A stretch of 64,000 bases of DNA, from contig NW_027361696.1 of the NCBI RefSeq assembly GCF_039654945.1, positions 39,122,001 to 39,186,000 of the forward strand, read 5' to 3'. Position numbers and translations under genes: made by a program. The notes below the pieces were generated by a model. That model saw nothing but the letters and a program-made list of their open reading frames with translations, made no database searches and was not told the DNA's origin. Source of the stretch: Dendrobates tinctorius (lineage: Eukaryota). Positions 56,184-64,000 of this stretch are shown here, in pieces (the stretch's first letter is position 1; every line of letters begins with the position of its first letter).

Positions 56184-58525
56184 GGCCCCTTTCACACATT
56201 AGTTTTTTGCCATTAGTTACAATCCGTCGAATTTTGAAAAACACGGATCCGGCCACTGATGCCACTGGATCAGTTTTTTTCTCATAGACATGTATTTGCG
56301 ACGGATGGCCGCACGTTTCATCCGTCGTTCTACGGATTTGTTGGAAATTCTTTATCCGGCGGCCGGAGACGACGGTCATAAGAAAGTTTTTTGTCTACGT
56401 CGAAAAATCAGACAGCGATGGATCCGTCGCTGTCCGATTTTTGCTAGAATGGAAACCTATGGGCAACGGATCTGTTGCTGTCCGACAAATGACAGAATCC
56501 GGCAACGGATTCTGTTTTTTTAATCTGCGCTTGCTTCAACGCTGTGTGCGTATATGGTGTGTGCGAGCTATGTGTGTGCGTGGAGGGGGTCTGCGGGGAT
56601 GTGCGGGGGTATGCGGGGCTGTGCAGGGGTGTGCGGGGGTCTGTGCAGGGCTGTGCGAGGGTCTGTGTGGGAGTATGCGGGGCTGTGCAGGTGGCTGTGC
56701 GGGAGTGTGCGAGGGTCTATGCAGGGCTGTGCCGGGGTATGCGGGGCTGTGTGGGGGTCTGTGCAGGTGTATGCGGGGCTGTGCGGGAGTGTGCAGGGGT
56801 CTGTGCGGGGCTGTGCGAAGGTCTATGCGGGGCTGTACGGGAGTGTGCAGGGGTCTGTGCGGGGCTGTGTGGGAGTGTGCGAAGGTCTATGCAGGGATCT
56901 GTGCGGGGGTATGTGGGGCTGTGCGGGGGTCTGTGTGGGGGTCTGTGCGGGGGCCTGCGTGTGTGTGTGTGTGTGTGTATGCAGGCATCATACGATGGGA
57001 CTACAAGTCCCATCGGGCTATGCCTGCTACAGTGACAATGATTGATTGACACATTAGCCAATGATGGGACAGCAGTAGTCCCATCATCCGGTAAATGTGT
57101 TGAATGTAAAAAAAACATACACACATATAGTCCATACTCACCATCTACAACTAATCCCCGAAGCCCTCGATCACCTATAAAAAAAATTAAAATAATAAAC
57201 CAACAATATACTCCCTGTGTCCGACATAATCCCATTAATAACGATTATCCCACAATGAACTCCCATGAAGAGCTGTCACATCAGCTGATGCGACCACTCT
57301 CCAGGGGCTCCTCCGAATTGTATCACTCCACCTCCGACAGGTCACCGGATTTCACCTGTCACTTTGCGGCACTACTGCGTGAGAATTTTCTCGCGCTGTA
57401 GTGCCATAAAGCGAGAGGCTTAAATCCAATGACACACTGCCGGAGGGTTATCTCCGGTCAGTGTGTCATCGGACACTGATGTGACAGCTCTATAGGCGAG
57501 ATCGTTGTGGGAAAATCGTTATTAATGGGATTACGTCGGACAGGGAGTATATTGTTGGTTTGTTTTTTTATTTTTTTTGCAGGTGATCGATGGCTTCGAC
57601 TGGATAGGCATACAATAGAAATTTTGAAAAAATGTTTCGCGTTTTATTTCATTAAAATATTTTATTCTTATGTGTGTGTATTTTTTAACCATTTATTAAT
57701 ATAGGATTAATAATGAATAGGCGTCTTATTGACGCCTCTCCATTATTAACCGGGCTTAATGCCACCTTACAATAGCAAGGTGACATTAACCCCTTATTAC
57801 CCCATATGCCACCACTACACGGCACTGGGAAGAGAGGGGCTAAGTGCAAGAATTGGTGCATCTTAGAGATGCGCCATTTCTGGGGTGGCTGCGGGCTGGT
57901 ATTTGTAGCCGGGGGGCCAATATCCATGGCCCCTTCCTAGGCTATGAATATTAGTCCACAGCTGTCTGCATAGCCTTTCTGGCTATAAAATATAGGGGGA
58001 CCCCACGTCATTTTTTGGGGAGTCCCCCTACTTTAATAGCCAGTAAAGGCTATGCAGACAGCTGCGGGCTGATATTTATAGCCTGGGAAGAGGCCATGGG
58101 TATTACCCCCCCCCCCCCTTCCCAGGCTATATTGGCCCCTGGCCGTCGGCTTTCCCCCTCTGGCGCAGAAAATTGTGCAGGAGACCACGTCATTTTTTTT
58201 TCAGCTTTTTTTTTTTTTTAAATAAAACATTGTTCATTAATAAACATCGGCCTTGCTATTATTTATCTATCTATATCTATCCATAGATATATCAAAAGAT
58301 AGATATATCTATAGCTATATCTATGGATATATCCATAGATATAGCTATAGATATATCAATAAATTTAGCCATAGATATATCCATATATCTATGGATATAT
58401 CCATAGATATATCTATAGATATACAGTATCTATAGATATATCCATATATCTACGAATGTATCCATAGATAGATCGATAGATATATCTATAGATATTTCCA
58501 TAGATATATCCATGGATATATCCAT
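56184..58525. mobile_element. Large non-autonomous Harbinger-like element, truncated, with internal simple repeats
   Basis: TAA|GGCCCCTTTCACAC terminus like the one at 61232; (CTGTGCGGGG)-like array 56540-56980; ATATCCATAGAT-like array 58260-58525. Confidence 0.65.
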
Positions 58526-58619
58526 TGGGCTGGATAGTATCATCCTACTTTTTTCCTCCATCTCCACCTGGTCTGCTTGCAATCCCAATCCACCTGGTCC
58601 GCATCCCCCTCTTTAATTG

Positions 58620-60739
58620 GGAGCAGCGAGTGTTTCAGTAGACAGAGAAGTGGGATGGTGATGCTGATTATAGCGTCATCGCTGCTCACCAAAAGTCACC
58701 CAGTGTGACATCAGGGAAATGTAGCATCCCTGGCCAAAAGCACTTGTCCATGTGTCGGTGGTTAAGTGGACCTTCCCAGTAAGTGCGTTGGTCAGGGCAT
58801 GGGTGATGTTATGAGACACATGCTGCGGTAAGGAGGGGAAGGCGGCATACCGGGAAAAATAGTGGCGACTGGGGACCAAGTACCATGGGACAGCCGACGC
58901 CATGAGGTTGTAAAAAACCTCAGTGTTCACAAGCCTAAATGACAACATTTCCAGGACAAGCTGTCTGCAAATGTGACCGTTCAGTGTTTGAGTGCTTATT
59001 TCTGCTTGCGTTGAACGCTGTACTGGAACAAAGAGGTGGACGTGGTTGCTGATAGTGCTTGAAATGGTCTTACGACAGGTGCAGGGTGGGTGATATCTGC
59101 ACCTGTGTCACACCTGGGTGATATCTGTACCTGTGTCACAGGGGACTAACAAGTACCCACAGACACCGACTGTGGGCCCAGGCATTCGGCCCACCTAGTC
59201 GGGTGCTTGGGTGGTATGTGCCTGAGCATGCTGGTGGTGGTCAGACTGGTAGTGGTGAGGCCCCTGCTGATCTTGGTATGGAAAAGGTTGCAAATGACCA
59301 TTTTCTTGTCTTCTGCACTTTCTGTAAAAAAGTACAAGACAGAAAAACACCTAACCCTTGGCCTGGATTCTGGCCGACGTTGGCTGCTCTTGGGAACAGT
59401 TGACTGTCTTCGCTTTCTGGCCACCCCACTGCCTCTTCCTGCCTATTGCAGTGCTATGGATCCCTCTCCCTCTGTTCTTCTGTGCTGGCACTGCATGACA
59501 CCTTTCCAAGGTGGGCCAACAACTTCAACATCCACCACCTCGTCTTCCACTTCCTCACTCTGGTCCTCCTCCTAACTTGTGGACTTAACATAACTTATTG
59601 GTATCTATGACTTATCATCATCCACCTCTTTAGACTGTAATTGCCGTTTTTCACCCTCGGCTTCTTATGATCGTTGCTGCTCAAAGATTTGTTCCTCTTG
59701 AAACTAATGGTCCTGTTTCACATAGCGATGCACCAGCGATCCCGACAACGATAGACCTGGTAGGGATCGCTGGTGCGTCGCTACAAGGTCACTGGTGAGA
59801 TGTCAAACAGTCAGATCTCAACAGCGACGCAGCAGCGATCCAGAACAATACGAAAGTCGTTGGGACCCTGTCTCTCAGACCTGTAGTATTGAGGTCATTT
59901 GTCGTTGTCCCTGTCAAACACAGCAATGCATGCTGGCCAGCGGGACACAAGCGATCAAAAAATGGCCCAGGACATTTTAGCACGATCAGCGACATCGCAG
60001 CAGGGGCCCGATCGTCGGTATGTGTCACACGTAGCGAGATCGCAGGCGAGTTCGCTGTTGCATCACAAATCGGTGACGCAACAGCGATCTCACTAGCGAT
60101 CTCGCTATGTGAGACGGGGGCTTAAGCCTCATGGATAAACATATTTGTTGTGCTTCCGCAGCAGGCAGTTTCACTTGGACCACAGCTTCAGCCTCCATCA
60201 GCATCACATCCGCTTCCACGTCCCTTACTGCACGCTTTGCGTATTTTAAATTATGTACGCAGCTAAGAGCGGTATTATTAGAGAATAGAATCAATTTAAT
60301 TTGGCCCTGAAAGGACTTTTGATTGTATGTGGTAGCACCAAGGATTGTAAGGTAATAATTCCTGACTAGATGTCATTAATATGTTATCCCTGCTCCAGCA
60401 GCTAACCCTACACTAATTGCAGCTAAGAGCAGTATTATTGAATAGAATGTATTTAAATTAGCCCTGAAAAGGAATGTTGGTTTAATATTGCACCAGCAGG
60501 TACTATAAGACTATAACACACTGTCCATCTTCAGCAGAAACTCTCCAACATGGCTATGGCATTGCCGTGATTGGAAGGCAATCTCCACATTTTCAGTAGC
60601 TGAAAATCAGCCTCGAAACATGTGGGGTGGGGAATCGAGCATGGTACATGAGTATTTGGATCTTCAATCGAGTACTGAGCATCTCGAGCAACAGGATACT
60701 CGATCGTATACCGAACATGCTAGGCCATGACCAATACTA
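58620..60739 (-). mobile_element. hAT transposon remnant (BED finger and N-terminal catalytic region), interrupted by a MITE
   Basis: VICNLFHTKISRG...MLRH...H and VPSRHYFS...KVHLTTDTWTS...YISL..HW; CGAG-rich subterminal repeats near 60630-60739. Confidence 0.8.
59708..60121. mobile_element. CGAT-rich Harbinger-like MITE
   Basis: GGTCCTGTTTCACATAGCGA ... TCGCTATGTGAGACGGGGC termini with TAA flanks. Confidence 0.7.
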
Positions 60740-60859
60740 ATAATAAGAAACAATTATTTGTATACACTTTGCGTTCATCTTGTTGTTATGAGTCTTATTA
60801 TATGCGTTGTTTCCAGAACCTGCGATGCTTTGACCCCTTCCTAGCAATGCCCCTAGGAC

Positions 60860-61106
60860 TTTCCAATGTTTCTCAATGTAACATACACCGGAACAACTGG
60901 TGAGAATTTGGAAATCTGCTTTTTTCCAGTAAAGAAATAAACAGACAAATAGAAGGCGCCAGGGATTATCAGAGACGTGACCTCTGCTGTGACCTCTGGG
61001 CTGGACGCTGCCCATAAATACCGCTCTGTCCATGCAGGTGGAGCAGCATCAGAGACCGGCCTCACCTGCAGAGCACACAAAACCTTCATCTCCAGACACA
61101 GAGAAC
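60860..61106 (+). promoter_or_regulatory. Hepcidin copy 2 proximal promoter and 5' UTR
   Basis: TTCCAGTAA (GAS-like) at 60924; GGCGCC at 60955-60960; TGACCT-N6-TGACCT at 60978-60995; CATAAATA at 61013-61020. Confidence 0.7.
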
Positions 61107-61184
61107 ATGAAGTCCTTCACTCTCTGCCTCATCCTCATCCTCTCTCTGCTCACCCATCAGGGAATCAGCGCCTCTGTGAGAGGG
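61107..61184 (+). CDS. HAMP: Hepcidin copy 2 exon 1 (MKSFTLCLILILSLLTHQGISASVRG)
   Basis: Same 78-nt length and phase as copy 1; 14/26 identical residues; GGG|GTAAGT donor; homologous promoter. Confidence 0.9.
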
Positions 61185-61231
61185 GTAAGTCAATATTCAA
61201 CTTAAATATTATATCAATACTGTTCCCCTTA

Positions 61232-61780
61232 GGCCTCTTTCACACTTCAGTTTTTTGCATCAGTTATAATCCGCCAAAAAGGCGGACAAGCGGATCCGTT
61301 CTCAAGTGATGTGAACGGATGGCACAGGATCCGTTTTCAGACGGATCCTGAAAATGAAGAAATTTAAAGGAANNNNNNNNNNNNNNNNNNNNNNNNNNNN
61401 NNNNNNNNNNNNNNNNNNNNNNNNNNNNNNNNNNNNNNNNNNNNNNNNNNNNNNNNNNNNNNNNNNNNNNNNNNNNNNNNNNNNNNNNNNNNNNNNNNNN
61501 NNCCCAGAAAGAAATTCGGGTTAAATCAGTGTTTGCAGGATCCGCCAGAGAAAAAAACGTTACAAGCTCCGTTTTGACATTTTTGAGGATGGTGACGGAC
61601 AGCAACTTTTGGCGGATCCTCACAAAAAACTGATGCAACGGACAACAATCCGCCACAATCCGCCATTAATGCAAGTCAATGGGAAAAAAACGGATCCTCA
61701 AAAAAAATTTGAGGATCCGTTTTTTTTCAAAACCTGGCGGATTGTGACTGATTGTAAAAAACGGAAGTGTGAAAGAGGCC
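61232..61780. mobile_element. Harbinger-like palindromic MITE spanning an assembly gap
   Basis: TTA|GGCCTCTTTCACACTTC...GAAGTGTGAAAGAGGCC|TTA. Confidence 0.8.
61373..61502. other. Assembly gap (130 N)
   Basis: Run of N. Confidence 1.
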
Positions 61781-62326
61781 TTATGCATCACTCAAATTAA
61801 AGAGACCGGTTCACTTAAAGGGCAAGTCTACTTTTGGATTTTACTTATGATGCTCCCTTTACCTTTTAGCAATGAGTTAAAATAAGTCTCATGGACACTT
61901 ACTGTCAAAAATAAAGAGCCATGTGACTTATTTTGGCATATTTTTATGTGAAAAACAGACTCATAAGTCATAATAGTCAGCCTGCTAGTTAGAACGGAAT
62001 AATAAAAAACAATGTTTTTGAATAAGATTTCTTTTTAAATAGCTACAAAATGTAAAGGCAGCATTGTAGGTAAACAATGTATATTAGTAAGTTGTTACAT
62101 ATGCCTAGCTCTATATGTTTAAGCAAAGAAATATCAAAGTGGAACTCCCCTTTAAGTGAAGCTGTCCCTTTAAGAGCTGCCTTTCCTAACATTTTAGTCA
62201 AGTCATGGAAGCTATCTCCATTCATGCTTCGCAAAGAACCAGAGAATGTTTATTAGAGAGTTCTACATTCCATATCCAAATCTGTGACATATCTATAAAC
62301 GTATTTTCTTGTTTCTGCCATTGCAG

Positions 62327-62389
62327 AATGAGATCTTGGATTCTGCAGACCATCTCGCCGTGCACCAGACCGAGGAGTCCGGAGACCTG
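62327..62389 (+). CDS. HAMP: Hepcidin copy 2 exon 2 (NEILDSADHLAVHQTEESGDL); exon 3 not in window
   Basis: TTGCAG acceptor; CTG|GTGAGT donor; 9/21 identical to copy 1 exon 2. Confidence 0.88.
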
Positions 62390-62784
62390 GTGAGTCTCGC
62401 CCAAACACGTAGTGACCACTAATCACTTCTCTGTCCAGTTATTATTCCTTTTACACTGATTGAAGCCGCTTGTCTTATTTGATGTGCACCAAATTTTCCA
62501 ATTGACTATTTGTAACATTTTCCACCTTTATGTTATAGCATATCTACAGTGTATATATTAATTGTGGCAGTCACCAATTGTGTTGAACAATGCAATATTT
62601 TCCTAGTTTTCCGATAACTCTTTATGTCTACTGACAATCTTTATCTTTGTAACTCTGTCTTTCATGACTGGAGACGACTGTCTCCCTGACAGATGGTTCT
62701 CATGTCCTTTTCATTTTGCGCCACATTCAGCACACACTTCAGAACGTTTTGAAATATTTGACAAAATAAATAAAAAAATTAATA

Positions 62785-63020
62785 AATAGATAGATATGAG
62801 ACAGACAGATGATAAATAATAGATGGATAATAGATAATAGATAATGGATAGATAGATAACAGATAATGGATAGATAGATAACAGACAGATAATAGATAGA
62901 AAATAGATAACAGATAGAGAGATAGACAGATAATAGATGAAAGATAGATAATAGATAACAGATAGATAGATAATAGATGATAAATAAATAGATAATAGAT
63001 GATAGATAGATAATAGACAG
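62785..63020. repeat. (GATA)n-like degenerate microsatellite
   Basis: Direct reading. Confidence 0.9.
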
Positions 63021-63029
63021 TTTGTCGGT

Positions 63030-64000
63030 TCTCCCTGTTTCCTCTGGTTCCCGTTTCCTCTGGTCCCCCTGTTTCCTCTGGTTCCCCCTGTCCCTGTTTC
63101 CTCTGGTTCCCCCCGTTTCCTCTGGTTCCCCCTGTTTCCTCTGGCCCCCTGTTTCCTCTGGTCCCCGTTTCCTCTGGTTTCCTCTGGCCCCCTGTTTCCT
63201 CTGGTCCCCCCGTTTCCTCTGGTTCCCCCCCGTTTCCTCTGGTCCCCCCGTTTCCTCTGGTTCCCCCCTGGTTCCCCTGTTTCCTCTGGTCCCCCTGTTT
63301 CCTCTGGCCCCCGTTTCCTCTGGTTCCCCCCCCCCCCCCGTTTCCTCTGGTTCCCCCGTTTCCTCTGGTCCCCCTGTTTCCTCTGGCCCCCGTTTCCTCT
63401 GGTTCCCCCCCCGTTTCCTCTGGTTCCCCCCCGTTTCCTCTGGTCCCCCCGTTTCCTCTGGTTCCCCCTGTCCCCGTTTCCTCTGGTCCCAGTTTCCTCT
63501 GGTTCCCCCCCCCCGTTTCCTCTGGTCCCCGTTTCCTCTGGTTCCCCCCCCCCGTTTCCTCTGGTCCCCCCGTTTCCTCTGGTCCCCCCGTGGTTCCCCT
63601 GTTTCCTCTGGTTCCCCCTGTCCCCGTTTCCTCTGGCCCCCTGTTTCCTCTGGTCCCCGTTTCCTCTGGTTCCCCCCCCCCATTTCCTCTGGTCCCCCCG
63701 TTTCCTCTGGTCCCCCCGTTTCCTCTGGTCCCCCCGTTTCCTCTGGTTCCCCCGTTTCCTCTGGTTCCCCCCTGGTTCCCCCGTTTCCTCTGGTCCCCGT
63801 TTCCTCTGGTCCCCCCATTTCCTCTGGTTCCCCCGTTTCCTCTGGTTCCCCCCTGGTTCCCCTGGTCCCCCTGTTTCCTCTGGTTCCCCCTGTCCCTGTT
63901 TCCTCTGGTCCCCCCGTTTCCTCTGGTTCCCTCCGTTTCCTCTGGTTCCCCCCGTTTCCTCTGGTTCCCACTGTCCCCGTTTCCTCTGGCCCCCTGTTTC
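63030..64000. repeat. ~18-bp pyrimidine-rich minisatellite (GTTTCCTCTGGT[T]CCCC...), runs off the window
   Basis: Direct reading. Confidence 0.96.

Noticed and set aside
53065-57235. Cys/His/Gly-rich ORFs resembling metallothionein or keratin-associated proteins (53065-53667, 56441-57235)
   Set aside because: They come from short tandem repeats inside MITEs and are open in multiple frames.
58676-59424. Domesticated ZBED gene
   Set aside because: Fragmented across frames, BED finger degenerate, truncated and surrounded by transposon sequence.
60595-60630. Possible third hammerhead (CTGAAAA...CGAAACATGT)
   Set aside because: C3-A8 mismatch and no convincing stem II or stem I.
62739-63971. 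410-aa minus-strand ORF
   Set aside because: Translation of an 18-bp minisatellite plus a GATA microsatellite.

Overview
Eukaryotic, vertebrate genomic DNA. The repeat families and protein sequences suggest a frog, but that is an inference. The window holds the conserved USF2-hepcidin locus, all on the + strand: a complete 10-exon USF2 gene (CDS 4664-24144, 312 aa), a complete 3-exon hepcidin gene (36594-42167, 81-aa prepropeptide, 25-aa 8-Cys mature peptide), and the first two exons of a second, diverged hepcidin paralogue (from 61107; exon 3 is not in the window). The ORF track misses almost all of these exons. The rest is densely nested repeat DNA: a near-intact CR1 LINE, five Tc1 elements, a Tx1/L1-type retrotransposon, an L2 3' end, a chromodomain Gypsy fragment, a hAT remnant, many MITEs (TA, TWA, TTAA and 8-bp target duplications) and several minisatellites. 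The leads most worth checking are: (1) two minimal hammerhead-ribozyme motifs in Penelope-like fragments, one with a U3-A8 core variant; (2) a candidate STAT3 + BMP/Smad enhancer separated from hepcidin by a 4.9-kb satellite; (3) two tandem-repeat arrays of CTCF-like motifs in convergent orientation around that enhancer and promoter; (4) a promoter footprint shared by the two hepcidin paralogues; (5) a Leu-to-Gln change in the USF2 zipper. All regulatory and ribozyme activities are inferred from motifs read by eye; no searches were run.
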